In this document: positions 37,113 through 51,400 of the stretch, in pieces | How the letters are laid out: each line of letters begins with the position of its first letter | How positions within the stretch are numbered: position 1 is the first letter of the stretch | Assembly: GCA_965203295.1 (NCBI GenBank) | Contig: CBDBCZ010000018.1 | Coordinates: 1,664,001-1,728,000, forward strand | From: Nitrospirales bacterium | GTDB taxonomy: Bacteria; Nitrospirota; Nitrospiria; Nitrospirales; UBA8639 | DNA: 64,000 nucleotides | Direction of reading: 5' to 3' | Translations under genes and position numbers: made by a program | Notes under the pieces: model-generated | What the model saw: the letters and a program-made list of their open reading frames with translations, nothing else | Databases searched by the model: none | What the model was told of the DNA's origin: nothing

Positions 37113-37945
37113 AGAATATCTTGCAAGCTAGGCTTTGTGGGGCTCATGCTTCTGGATGTGAGAAATATTCTAATGTGTGAAAGCAGTGAGACCACAGTCA
37201 ATAGCTATGCTGTTGAAATAAGTATGCCAATGCATTTTCAGTACATGTAGAATCATCCAGCCAACTCACTAAACTGGGAGTAGCCAGTTAGGAAGATGGT
37301 ATTTACTAGCATGACTTTCATTTATGGCTACAAAGAAAAGTTTGATTGCTGCCAACTGCATGCATTTTGTGGGCATTTATCAATAGAAAGGCCATTAGCC
37401 AGATGGTCCCAGCCTGTCTCTGCATGGTATATATATTGTGCTAAAGGTGAGTAAGGACAATTGTTTGTGGGTACAGTAAATTTATGACATAGAGTGCTAC
37501 AACTGACTTGAAGCAAGCAAATTAGTTACAGGTAGCTAGGTGCTGAAGGATGGCTACTGGAGCAATTACGTCCAGTGTACACTTCAAAAAACTGAATTGT
37601 TACTGTCACGCTTTGGTTCGAAAAGATAATGTTTTAACTTGTTACATGCTTATCGTACTTCTTAGTTAGGTTCTGTTTCTGTATTAGATGTATTATGACC
37701 TCCTGGCAGACCAGCCTCTTGGCTGAAGGAGCTTCATTAGAATTTACCTACAGTGTTGCTAGGCTGCAGGAAAACACTCATGGTATTACTGGTAACTGTC
37801 TGCATCTAGCCTAGAACCCAGCTGTCCCAGCTACTGGTTTGAATTAGTAATAAGGTGTATAACCTGCATACACACTTGGCGGACCTGTTAAACTTGTATG
37901 GTAGCTTGCTACATTGACACGGATGTGTCTCTACGTATATATAAA

Positions 37946-38800
37946 AAAAGTGCAAAAACAAGTAATGTAGGGATGGACTTTTACCAAAAAACATTTCCCC
38001 AAAAACCAATGAAACAAGCAACAATGCACATCGCAATGCGTGCACAGACAATCCACACATCACAGCTCAATGCGTAGCTACCATCCCTACATCTTTCCAA
38101 CCACACCCACCACAATCGCATATATATATGTGAGATGTGAATAGTTGTAGTATAATTTGGGTAAAGTATAGATTGAGTGTTGTTGAGTGTGTTGTATGGT
38201 GGTTGATGTTGTGAGGAATCGCTCTGCTTAGTTTGTGCTTGTGAATGTGGGATTCGTGGAGTGAAGTGAATTTTATGGGAGTAGCTAGCGTTCCTATGAA
38301 GGTTTGGGTTGGCTGTAGTGTGGGGTGCTGTGTTTTATGATGTAGCTATGTAATGTTTGTGGATAAGGATGTAAGGGTGGTATATATATGATAGTGATGA
38401 TTGTGGATGGTTGTGTGTGTTGAAGGAAGTATTGGGTGTGCATGTAAAGTATGGGGGCAAGGTACGGATTGTGGTGGGTGTGGTTGGAAAGATGTAGGGA
38501 TGGTAGCTACGCATTGAGCTGTGATGTGTGGATTGTCTGTGCACGCATTGCGATGTGCATTGTTGCTTGTTTCATTGGTTTTTGGGGAAATGTTTTTTGG
38601 TGAAAGTCCATCCCTACATTACTTGTTTTTGCACTTTTTGGCAAAGTGCTTTTTCTGTAACTTGTTTTGGGCGTTTTTTTGGGAAGTGGTAACAAATGTG
38701 TATGTGTATAAATGTGTGCAGTAGATGGTATTAGAATGGAATGTGTTTAAGGATGTGTGTAGTATAGGTTTCGATTTGTACTCCAGTCAGCATTAGGAAG
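37946..38800 (-). mobile_element. Possible Penelope-like element remnant with ~170-bp inverted repeat and degenerate hammerhead
   Basis: 37946-38117 is the reverse complement of ~38467-38639; strong strand skew; minus-strand cctaatgctgactggagtacaaatcgaaac at 38768-38797. Confidence 0.5.
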
Positions 38801-39016
38801 GCCTTCGCCTGCATGTGCATGGGGGGGGGGGGGGGTGAGGTCTCTTGTCAAGGTCAGCTATGTAACTGGTACGTGAGGCTGCCCATTTCTTGTCAAGGTC
38901 AACACTACTCCTAGCGCAGGAAGTTGCTCTAGCAGCTGCTTTTATACTTTGTCGGTTTTGAATGTACATTGTTTATTCTGGGCCCTCTTTCATAAATGTA
39001 TAAACCTTGCTTTCAT

Positions 39017-40436
39017 GCACGATCGAAGGTAGGCTTTAAATAGACCAACACGTGCTGGCAGGCAGTCATCTTACCATAAAATGGCCTGTAAGTGGCAAGT
39101 GTCCACTCGAGAGTGTTCCTTGTTACTACTAAACTGATTCGATTTCTTTGACAACGCTATGCCCGAAAGGCACTACCCGAGGGTCAATCATGCCCGTTCG
39201 TATTGGAATCTTTTTATCGCTTCACTCATTATCGTGCTAGTTTGACTGAATTAAGGATTATCTGACTAAGATGAAGATAGACCATTCGGCGGTTTTAACC
39301 ACTTGCTGCTTTGGTACTTCAAAGATGTTCTTAAGCAGTGCTAACAGCCTGGTTAGTGATGACAACGCTCCAAAATAAGTGGTACATAGGCTTCATATTA
39401 GTCCTAGACTATACCTACAGCAGAGTACTAAACATGTCATTTTAATGGGGAGGCCAGGGCCATCCCTACATATGGAATAGTACCGTACTCCATGATGTTG
39501 AACTGCAAATTATCACCAAGGACAATTATATGTATTGCAGTTTCTAGTGTCACAAAGACAAATAGCTGCCTGCATGCCTCCTCCAGTAGAGTAAGTGAGG
39601 GGGTGTCCGGATGGTAGGGGTTGCTCGGACACCAAGGCTTTTCCGCCTGTGCTCGTATTTAACAGCAAATGTATTTCGTTCGGTGGGCCTTTCTGTCTGC
39701 CCTTGTTATGTATTGTGAGCTACTGTTTCCTTGTGTATGTCCGGACAATTCCATGCACCCTTTGGACACCCCCTTACTTCAGTAGCTAGCTACCCTACTA
39801 CTAAAATAATACTATCAGCCATGTGAGTCAGTGTATTGTAGCTAAATTTTCGGGTGACTTACAAAGTGATGAACCAGGAGATGCAGCTCAGGCCCAGACA
39901 GCTGGCACGATCAAAGGTAGGCGTTAAATAGACGAACACGCGACACCCACGCGAAAGGGGCGGTTACTAAATTCCGAAACCGAACGGAACAGAACAGTAG
40001 CCATTAAATGGCGTGGAACGGCAAGCGTCCACTCGAGAGTACTCGTGAATCACTGCTGAACCTGTTCGGTTTCTTTGAAAACGTTATGCTACGAGTGCAA
40101 TACCCCGGGGAATATCTAGCTTGTTCGCGCTTGAATTATTGTGATTGCTTCTGCCATTATTGTGCTAGCCTGGCTGAAGAAACAAAGAAGAATTAGTCCA
40201 TTACGCCCCGCCCCCCCAGTGTAGCGACTTGCCGGTCTAGTACTCCAGCGAAGCTTTCCAGAACCGCTAACAGTCTTGTTGCTGATGAAAACACTCGAGA
40301 TGTCATGGTATGGGTCATAAAAGCCTATGACTATAATCAGAGGCGAGTTTTGAACGTATGATTTTGTACGCGTTATATGGGGCCGCCATTTTTTCCTGTG
40401 CCATCCCTACATATGGAGTACTACCGTACTCCATGA
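39017..40436 (+). repeat. Two diverged ~0.5 kb repeats (39017-39496 and 39905-40436) ending in a short hairpin
   Basis: Shared start gcacgatc.aaggtaggc.ttaaatagac.aacacg and end ccatccctacatatgga.ta.taccgtactccatgat. Confidence 0.75.
39592..39778. mobile_element. Small TIR element between the two repeats
   Basis: agggggtgtcc ... ggacaccccct inverted termini. Confidence 0.5.
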
Positions 40437-41779
40437 TAAGCCAATATGAACACGTGTCCAGAGTCCGCATTTGCTCAGCCCCCATCGTATTCTAGTTGTG
40501 ACTGATCTAAAAATGTGGACTCTATCGTCAGTAAATAAGAAATGTGATGAATAGAACCGTCCCTAGTTCACATATATTCATTTTTTAGGGGATTTCAATG
40601 TAACTGTTGGGTTTAGCAATCGCTTAACAGTATAAATCGCGAGAAAGAGACAGACTGAATCAAGTGACAGGTAACAAAGTAAATGCCAGCATACACAGTA
40701 CCACCGTTGCAGTCTAGTGGGATATAAACCTTACAGTTGTACATATTCTACAGGTCGTGAAACATTAGTTAGCTCTAAGGGACTCATTTAACTACAGGTG
40801 ATATGGGGCCATAGAACCAGGTGTAATCCTACTCCAATAATTGGAGCTTGCATAGTCTATGAATGTGACATCCAAGCTGGAGTGTGAGACATGTGCCATG
40901 CTGGTTGATGCTGTGAAGAATACAGGAAGGTTGCCAGTAGTTGTAATACACCTGGATACACTGCATGCATTCTTCCCATCAATGCCCTGTTTATTAGCTT
41001 GCTGGGTACGTATATAGCTTCTGGTAACGTCATGAATTGCCTGCATGACAATAGGAACGAGCATGTCATCAGTGACATTACTCCAATTATTTGAACTTTG
41101 AGGTTAGATCATCAAACTGGGTGGTTTCTTAATAAAAGTATCCTATGTTCTTTATCTATCTGATGGCCCATGGGATTTCTTGAACCACTAAGGCTGAGTA
41201 ACTAAGACTTATAAGTGAGCAACAACAGCCAGAGCAATATACAGATGCTTAAAGTACGATTTTAGCTTTGAGATACACATGTACAGCTAGATTTTCATCA
41301 TGAAACCATGTTTGTCAGCCTATCTAGATGTACAGCTTCTGGAAGCCTTCATGAATTCACTATATTCTGCACAGTAGGATCCAGCATGGCACGTGTCACA
41401 CTACTTCAATAATTGGAGCATGGATGCCATATGCTTATAGTTGATGCATGTCACATCCAAACTCCACACCCAGATGCTGCATCCATTCTGCACAGTAGAG
41501 TAAAACTGTTGCAGTCCAGTGGGGTATATAAACCCTTACACGTTAGAAATTCTAGAGGTCATGAAACGTAAGAAACCACAGTGTATTTGTAAGGAACTCA
41601 TTGAATTGCTGGACCATGAAACCAGGGATAATTAGCTATAAGTAGAGCTTATCAATGAATATCACATGCATACGCAGTGTACATCCATTGAAGTAAAGTG
41701 TTGTGTCACAGTTGTACCTACTGTGGAGAATACAGGAAGATTGCTAGAAGCTTTCCAAATCCTCACACCTACGTATATA

Positions 41780-42130
41780 AAACAAAGCCCGCCCTCTCCT
41801 AATTATTGAGTACACTAAAATCTTTAAAATCTTCCACCAACAGATTGTCTAAGTCTTCCATGAAAGTACTTCTAATAGTATCATACACAGGACACTCCCA
41901 GAGCACATGTACCATTCTTCCCCACATAACTTACACTGCCTATCATCATTTTTACTCCTGATATCTTCATTCAGACCATTAGTACCAGACCTAAACTTAA
42001 CATCAATCGCGTTCCTGAGTTTAACTTTACTATGTAAGCCATCATTAAAGTCTTTATATTCTCTGTATCTCAATGCTTCATCTACTCTCTCTAAAAGCAA
42101 GGCTACATTATAATCTAGGATCCTTACCAA
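41780..42130 (-). mobile_element. LINE ORF2 C-terminal remnant (zinc-knuckle region)
   Basis: KFRSGTNGLNE...RQCKLCGEE...C. Confidence 0.7.
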
Positions 42131-42498
42131 AGCTGTAGCACCCTTGGTGTTATGTCTGCAGGACTTGTATACAGTCTGGCCTGTAGTACTGTGTGGAAGA
42201 GATATACAGCTGGGTCCCGATTTTTTCGGGATTTCTTTACTCTCTCAGAAAGCTTTCTTCTCTTGAAGAGTTCACAATGTGAGTACTTAGTTTTCAGTTC
42301 TGTGTCTTTGGTGGTTTAATTACCCCGGTAGACTGATTCAGGCTAAGTTTGGGTGTAGCACGTTTCTCGTGTTTAGATGGGGGAGAGGCCTATAATGAGA
42401 GAGTAATTACAGTTGGAATTGGCTGGGTCCTACTGGCAAGTGCTACTAGCGGGTTTAGTGGCTACATAAAGCTTGCCTACTGCTCCTCTGCCAAGGGG

Positions 42499-42572
42499 GC
42501 TCCAGTAGTTCAATTGGTAAGAGCATCTGACTAGTATTCAGAAGGTCCTGGGTTCAATCCCCAGCTGGGTCC
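42499..42572 (+). tRNA. tRNA-Thr(AGT)-like gene or pseudogene, near-intact cloverleaf
   Basis: D stem GTTC/GAGC; anticodon arm TCTGA-CTAGTAT-TCAGA; T arm CTGGG-TTCAATC-CCCAG; acceptor GCTCCAG/CTGGGTC with one mismatch; TTTTTT follows. Confidence 0.7.
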
Positions 42573-43629
42573 CGATTTTTTCGGGATTTCTTTACTCTCT
42601 CAGAAAGCTTTCATCTCTTGAAGAGTTCACAATGGTATTGTTGTGGTTACTGATATCAATGCTAGCTAGCCTTCCATATTACTTGTAGCAACATTGCATA
42701 TATATGCTGAAAATCATGCATGCAGTACTGCTACTGTTCTGTGCAGATAATTATACTTACACTTGTGCTATTATGTGATCACAAAATCTGGTTTGTTTTC
42801 TTCATTGAAACTCATCAGTGATAATTATGATGAAAATGATGTCACTTGTCATTGTAATCTGATCCCACCCCTTTAATTGGGGTAAGTCATGGCTATATAC
42901 CCTTACGTCATGCATGTACACAAATTCTAAATGGAGGTGGTTCCCGAAACATTCTCCAGTTACTATGTTGAGTCCCTTGATAGCAGACGATAGACTCAAA
43001 AATGTACGACATGTCAAGTATTGTAGTCCCAAAACACTACTTCGAGGTCTATACCTAGCCTCGTTCCCAGGCTCTACTGACCAGCTTTTTCCGCACGTAG
43101 TAAAATAAGCGGTCAGTAGAGCCCGGGAACGAGGCTAGTCTATACCTACATTCTCTGACATCTGCAATTCAGGTAGTCAACATATTCTTTGCAGTGAAGA
43201 GCTACATTATTTGTCATACACTCATGCACTTTAAAGTGCCTTTTGTTCAAAGCATGTACTTTCCAGTACTCGATTTTAGGTTGGCCCACTATGGCTCTCA
43301 GCCCTTCAAATTATCTCCAGATTACTTGTAGCAACATTGCATATATATGCTGAAACATGCATGCAGTACTGCTATTGTTCTATGCAAATATATTTACACT
43401 AGTGCTATTATGTATTCACAAAATCTGTTTTGTTTTAAAAACTTATTTCGTTGATAGTCATCAGTGATGTAATGAAAATGATGTCACTTATAGTAATCTG
43501 ATACCACCCCTTTAATTGGGGTAAGTCATGGCTATATACCCTCACGTCATGTAGAATGTGAGAATATTTTAAAAGGAAAATCAGTTGTCAATCTCATACA
43601 ATCATAGCATTGCTATTGCAAGAAGTGGT

Positions 43630-45471
43630 ATGGCTCTCACAACGTTGTTTGCTCTTCTGAGTGTGTTGGTGATAGTTGAAGGAAGTATCACTCAATGGAA
43701 TACTGGCTACAATGATAATTCACATTGTTCTGATACTTGGTTCTTCACAAGACAGTTCGACAATGGAAGCACTGCTTGTGAGTGTGGTAGTGATCTTGGA
43801 GAAGTAATAAGATGTGATGAAGCTTCTGGTCAGGTAAATGTATTTGAAATCTACTGTATGAGTTATGACAATGATAACGTATCTCTGGTAGTTGGGAAGT
43901 GCTACTTTGGTTCCCGTCATACATTTCACAATGAAAACTTATCTAAGTGGTATTCTCTGCCATCTGATCCTTCTCTATTAAATCAAAGATGTGATAGTTA
44001 TGGTCGAACAGGGCAGCTGTGTGGCAAGTGGGTACGCACCACTAGTGTATTCATACAGTCTCAGTTGTGTAGAGTGTGCAGACTACGGCTATAACTGGAT
44101 GAAGTATGTGGCAGCTGCATTTTGACCACTTACAGTATTCTTTCTTGTGGTGATCATTTTTCGAGTAAGTGTAACTGCAGGACTATTGGATGTTTTTATT
44201 TTATTCAGCCAGTTGATAACTTTTCCTGCTGCAATGCACCCACTTTATTTTCACCGTTGGAAACAACAGGCTGCTACCTTAGCTGTGTTCAGTTTAGTAT
44301 CATTATATGGCATTTGGAATTTAGACTTCTTCCGCCTGCTGTATCCACCATTTTGTATGCACCCTAAGATGACCACGCTCCATGTCTTAATTCTAGACTA
44401 TGCCATAGCTGTCTACCCTCTTGTTCTAATTGTTACTTATATTTTGGTTGAGCTTCACGATCACAATTTTAGATTAATTGTATGGCTCTGGAAACCTTTT
44501 CATCGTTGTTTTGTTAGTTTAAGAAGAGAGTGGAATATTAAAAGTTCTTTGATAGATGCCTTCTGTACTTTTCTTTTGCTTTCATATTTCAAGTTTCTTA
44601 GTGTGTCATTTGATGTTTTGGTTCCTGTGAGTATCTTCAATATTCATGAAGAGAGAAACGAAAAGTATTACCACCTCTTTGATGGATCAGTGGTCCATAC
44701 TTTGGCCCAGAACACCTCCCATTTGGTATACTGGCACTTGCAGTGCTTCTTGTGTTTAATATCCTACCTTTGGGGATGTTGTGCCTGTATCCGTGTCGGT
44801 GCTTTCAGAGGTGTCCAAATTATTGCAGAATTCGAGGGGAAATACTTCATATATTTATGGATTCATTTCAGGGTTGCTACAAGAACCGGACATATAATAC
44901 TTGTGACTGTCGGTTGTTTTCAGCATTTAATACGAATTGCTTTGAGTGTAGTATATGGCATGTTTCCAAGTAATAGGTTCATGATACCGTGCGCCATTTT
45001 CTTATTGCTTGTTTTACTATTTCTACTTGCTGTACTCCATCCTTATAAATTCCCTGCTCATAATATTATCATCATATGTCTGCTTTTTATAGTATGCCTA
45101 TTTGGTGTTTCAAGCACTGCTGATGTTATAGCATACAGTACAGATTCTTTTTTGTACAACACAACATTAGGAAACTAACAGATTACATAACCGCAATATT
45201 TTCTGTAATTCCACTCTTGTTTTTTATTACCCTAATGCTGTATAAATGCTTCAGTCATCGAAGATGCACTAAAAAAATCTGTCAAAGGAGCTGTGCTTTA
45301 ATGCCGTGTGGAGGTTGTAGTGCAGTGGCTCACTCAGGCTCAGAGGAATCACTGGCAGACAGGACCGTCAATGCAGAGCAGTATACAGCCCTCCTCTCTG
45401 AACCGTTCAATGAAAGTGAGGAGTCTGATGGTGGTATGCATGGCATTGAGTCAGATACTATCAAATTTTGA
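43630..45471 (+). pseudogene. Membrane-protein pseudogene, copy 2
   Basis: Same early frameshift and TGA as copy 1; no 598-bp duplication; extra 1-bp loss in the T run near 45150. Confidence 0.85.
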
Positions 45472-48400
45472 TGCTGATATTGTATTTGTGTGGTACTAGG
45501 TTAATTGTTGAATTGTACGTACATTTACCATTAATTAATGATGTATTTACTTAAAATGAGCATTGAGCCAGACATTGATGATAAAATTGTTTTTGCTGTA
45601 TTAAAGGGTTGTCAAGTTGTGTTTGAATTGTACAATTATATACCAATTGATATTCCCAAATTCAAGTGTGTAATGTACTGCGTAAATTCCCCATTTGAGG
45701 GGGTCATTGTTTTGGTCTCTTTTATATTTTCCAGACTTAAAATAAGTCAAATTGAGATATTATTTCGCCACATAGCCAAGTATCCTCATGCAAATCTTTG
45801 CCGTTGTAAAAAAATCTGTGTTATATTTATACAATTTGCCTGTTATCCTATTATATTGCTGTAGTTTTCATGTATGTAGTACTCACATACACAAACAGTG
45901 GACCATGAGCTTTAAAATACAAGAGTGGGCAGTAATGAGGATCTTTGAATCAACATTACTTTTCTTGGCCTTGATGCTAGGCTGGAGCGCCCCCTCCCCC
46001 AGTTGTACAAGTTAGTCTAGCTAGTTGGCAGCAATTGGAGTTTCCACAGTAAAACCCAAACTACGAAACAGTAATGAAGCACGCCATATTTGGATCAGGG
46101 AAATAATAAGGCAATAAAATGAGATGATTGCTGCTGCATGTAGCAGCTATTGTTGTTTTCTCTGCATTTTTCACTCATCCTGTGTAGTTGTTATTGAAAC
46201 AGCAATTAATAATTCAGTTAAGAATCACCAGTCTTGACTACACTTTCGCTAAAATTGGAAATTAGCAGTATATAGTTAGAAGTTTGCTGGGTTACTAACT
46301 AGCTATTTTTTTTATTTAAACACCGTAGTTATCATAGCTCTTATGAATGTGGTAGTGTACTTGGAGGTGCAGTGTTGTGGTGATAATGATATCTATGTCT
46401 ATGTATGAATGAGGATATTTTGGGTAAGCACTTATGATTTACCATGCTTTCGTAAGTTGATGCAGTTATATACAGAAGTGTGTTTCAAGCCACTCTGCAT
46501 TAAGAAATTAAACCATGGCAAATGGTCAGTATGGAAGAGTAGGGGAGTCACCAAAATTCCATACTGCAAATAGAGATGAAGGTGAATGGTACACATTCGA
46601 ATTAAGCATGACTCACACCTGAATCCAATACAGGCAGGGTTTCCAGAACCGTGCACACACCTATCCTAAAATTACGATTGTTAGTGTAGTGTAAACAACA
46701 ACACATTTAGTGTACTTCATCACACAATTAATTAAATTGCTTTAAAGAAGCTTTACCAAGCAACTATGTATGTTAGGGAAACCAAGGCTGTTTTCCGTCA
46801 AATGAGCTTAATAAAAGGAAAATCAGTTGTCAATCTTTGTGTTGTGGTACCATGGCTCTAGTGATTGCTCTTCTCAGTGTGTTGGTGATAGTTGAAGGAA
46901 GTACTACCACTCAATGGCAGAACAAGCAAGTATATCACCACTCTATGAATACTAGTGGTAATGATACTTTAAACTGTTCTAATACTTGGTTCTTCACAAG
47001 GCAGTTTGATAATAGGAGCAGTGCTTGTGAGTGTGGTAGTGATCTTGGAGAAGTAATAATGTGATGAAGCGAATTCGAAATCAAACACTGCATAATTATA
47101 ATAATGGATTCGTTTCAGGGTTGCTACAAGAATCGGACAAGTAATACTTGTGACTGTCGGTGGTTTTCAGTATTATATCTGATGACACGGATTACTTTTG
47201 TTGTATTATATGGAATACTTCCAAGTAACCATTTTGTGATACTGTGGATCATACTCCTTAACATCCTTCTTAATGGTAATGCCAATCCCAGCCTTCTCGA
47301 CCTCATCTAACAGCTGATTGATAAACATGGGAAAGAGGATAGGCAACATTCTACAACCCTGTGCCACCCCCTGACCTATGTTGAATGCATTAGATATTTC
47401 TCCCTCGGATCCAGTAAAACAGCACTCTGTGTGTTGTCATACATATTCTTAGTGATTATCTCTCCACATTCTACCCCTAACACCAAGCTCCCATAACTTC
47501 AACCATAAACCATCATGCCGAACTTTGTCAAATGCTTTCTGAACATCAAGAAAAAAGTGTAAGTGCGCTTTCTTTCCCTCATTCTACCTTGTACAATTTC
47601 ATTTAGAGTAAAGATGTTATCAACACAACTTCTTTTAAACTCTCTATATCCTGCCTGACCCTCATAAAGAGCCCTTTCTGATTCTAGTTGGCTTACTAAC
47701 CGATTATTTAGAATCTTGCAAAACAGCTTTCCTACCACATTCAATAGTGTAATGCCTCTGTAATTACCCAGGTCCTCAGTATCACCTTTCTTATACGTAC
47801 AAGCTAACAATTAACCCTTGTCTCCAATGTTTAGGAATACTCTCCTCTGTCCAAACTACCCCATACAAGACTTTCAACAGATTAGCCATCCCTTTGCCAC
47901 CGTACTTAAAAAGTTCCCCAACTAGCCCATCATTACCTCCTGTTTTATTATTCTTTAGGCTTTTAGAACATTTTTTAATTTCTCCATAACTATTCCCTCT
48001 ATCCAAAACCTTATCCTTCTGCAAAATAAATATTTCACTATACTCTGTCACTTTCTTTTCTATAAGCTCTTTCCAGCTATAATCAAACTGATCATCCAAC
48101 AATCTGTACGCAACCTTTCATAATGCTCACGTAATACTTCCAAATTTCCCTCAGTACTGGTTACACATGAACCTGAACGATTCCTCAAAGAAGCAATACC
48201 CTTACGACTACCTTTTGAAGTCCTGCTAACAAATGCCCAAAACTCTTTCCTGTTTTCATGAAACCTTTATTAGCCTTTTCAATCACCTCATTCCAAATAT
48301 CTAATTTTTTCTTACGTACCAATTCCTTGATTTCTGAATGTAATTTGTAATACTCTCCCCATTTATCTTCCCTGCCACTTCTAATCTCCTTATAAATCTG

Positions 48401-51400
48401 TCTTCTCAACCTAATCTTCTCTTTAATCTCACCATTCCACCACGCCGCTTTGCCACACACTATCACCCTTTCCCAAATTTCTTTTGATGCTGCCCTCTTG
48501 ACTGTCTCTTCCCAATCCTGAACCACTGTCTTCACTAATTCTGAGTCTTCCATTTGCGTACCCTTCCTTGAAACCCATCTACTTCTACACTTATGGCTTC
48601 CTGATACTTCTGTCGCACTTCCTCGTCCTGAAGCCGTTTGATGCGCCATTTCATAATCACCCGCTTCTGTTGTTTAGTGGTTTTTACAGTCCTACCCAAT
48701 TCCATCCATACCAGAAAGAGATCCGATTTTCCTACATCCACTGTATCTACCTGCACACTCCCTGAAACCTGCAACAAGTTGGAATCAGTAACTATAATCA
48801 ATGATAGACTTCTGCTTCAGAGAAGGTCTAGCTCTAGTCCACTGTGGTTCCACAGTGAACTCACGGCCATTACAGACTACAAGCTCAACCTCATTTAAAA
48901 AAGAAATCAACCTGTTACAGCTCACATTACATTTTCCTTCACCAAACATACCTATTACATCATCTAATTCTGGAGATCTTTCCACTCTAGTATTAAAATC
49001 ACCTAGAAGCACAACCTGACCCCTCTCCTTCATACGAAGCACATGCTCAAACTAATTAAAAGGTGGAGGTCAGATCAGCCTGGGTGGTTTTTTAAAAATC
49101 CCAAGAAGGGTTTCCGTCTGGAGGCCCACAGGATTTCTGAAGCACTAAGGCTTATAAACAAAGACTCACAAGTGAATAGCAATAATCAGACAGCTGCTTG
49201 AAATGAAGGATAACTAATTTTTTACTTAGGGCATACACCTAGATTTCCACCACGTTGCCAGTTTATCAGCCTATCCAGGAAAGCTTCTGGCAACATTCAG
49301 GTAGTGGCTGTATTCTCCACAGTAGGAACCAACATGACATGTGCCACACTACTCCAATAATTGAAGCATGGATGTCTCGTGCATAGTTGATGTATGTGAC
49401 ACATACGCTGCATCCATTCTGTACAAGTAGAGTGCCACTGTATATTAATAGTTGTAGAAATTCTAGAGGTTGTGAAACTTAAGGCTCCACAGTACAGTTT
49501 TTAAGGAACTGCAGGTAATTTGGGGTAATAGAACCAGAACAACTATATTCCAATAATTGGAGCTTGGATATCACATGCATAGTCTATATTGAAGCTCCAA
49601 AATTGGAGTACAGTGACACTAGCCATGCCAATACCTATTGTGAAGGATACAGGAAGATTATCAGAAACTATACAATCATATATATATACTGCTTGCTTTC
49701 CACATGGTAGGAACCAGCATGATTTGCCTTGTGAATCACCTATCCTGGGTGTATAGCTTCTAGTAATCTTCATGAACTGCTTGCATGCATTCAGCACAGT
49801 AGGAACCAGCATACCATCAGTGACATCACTCCAATAATTTGAACTTTCAGTTTAGATCAACCTATGTAGGTGGTTTCTGAGTGTGGTGTGTGGACGTGGT
49901 CAATGACATAAGCGCTACGGCAGCGACATGATTAGTATTATTATCAAGCCTCCATTGTATATACTGCAATGTACGTCAGGCCACTCTGCAATGTTCAGTG
50001 TGGGTGATTGTTTAAGTATTTGGCTGGAGTGGGTGTAATACAGGGGCACTCGACTTTGCATGCATTCCATTGGTCTGATGTTTGCACCTCAGTCTTGTTG
50101 TTGTAACAATTGTTCAAAAGCTTTGATCCATGAGCACATACATGTAGGTATACTGTATGCACATGCAACTTTTTGCATGTAGTTTCATGTTAACTGGGGT
50201 CTATAGTGGAAGTGGATAGTTGGCATTGCTGCAGTAGTGTGCTCAATTAATGCACAGGCTCTGGTGCATGTCTGGTCTATGCTTTTCGTACTGCAAACAA
50301 CAAAAGCTACTGTGTAGAATGGATGCAAGGTCCGGGTGTGTAGCTGAAGATTACCAGAAGCTATACACCCAGGATACCTGATTCACAAGCTACACAGCTA
50401 CTATAAGACCTTAATTTGACATTAGTGTGGATCACCACCAATGATGGAGGGCTGTTAGCTTTGTTGCCAGCTGTCCTCAGCTTTTTGTGAAGACATTATG
50501 AAGTTTTGGCAGAATAGATACCACTAAATCTTTATGAACTTTGAAGGCCTAGTTCATGCTAGCAGAAATTACACTGGTCTCAAAAAAGTTACTTCCCATT
50601 TTTCAGAAGCAAGACAGTCCCTCTCCTGTCCTTGCTGTCGTCAAAGCCTCACTGCATTGGGGCCGTGGTAACCGCTTCAAACTACCCTACCAGGGGAAAG
50701 ACTAGATACTGAAACTGTATAAGAGTTGCCACACTACAACAAATGAGTAGTACTCAGAGGGAGAGAATAGGTGCTGAGATTGCAGAAAGAAAAGGTTGGG
50801 GGGAGGTGGGGGGTAGGTTGCAATACGACAGAGAGGGCCTCGGAGTGCAGTGGGTGTTGTTAGTCAGAGTGGAGCTGTATGCAGACCAGGCTTTACGTGC
50901 TGGTGCAGTGCAGTAACTAGCATTGATCAGATTTATTGTGCCAGTTTGCAGGCTGTTTTTCAGTGAGCTAATAGTTGAATTATAAATATGTTATGTCTTA
51001 CAATGAACTGAATATTAGCTTTCACAGTCCATCATTAGTTATCAGATTTGTTTTCGTAGGATCTGTACCTAAGTCTTTTCTGACACTTCAGCTATGAGGA
51101 TTTCGTTAATGGTGCATAAGGACTACATTACATGGGCATTGAATGTGCTAATAATGGTTTATGGGATAATCATGCACAGAAGGTAATAAATAATGGAAAG
51201 AAAAAAGTGAATCAAATTACATGGGTTTTTAAGTATTACTAGCGGGTTTAGTGGCTATATAAAGCCTGCCTACTGCTCCTCTGCCAAGGGGCTCCAGTAG
51301 CCCAGTGGTAAGAGGATCTTGACTATTGTTCAGAAGGTCCTGGGTTCAATCCCCAGCTGGGTCCTGTTTTGGGAGGGATTTCTTTACTCTCCCAGAAAGC

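Noticed and set aside
44147..45178. 343-aa ORF as an intact gene
   Set aside because: GTG start after an in-frame TGA; the middle part is out of frame between compensating frameshifts; no signal peptide.
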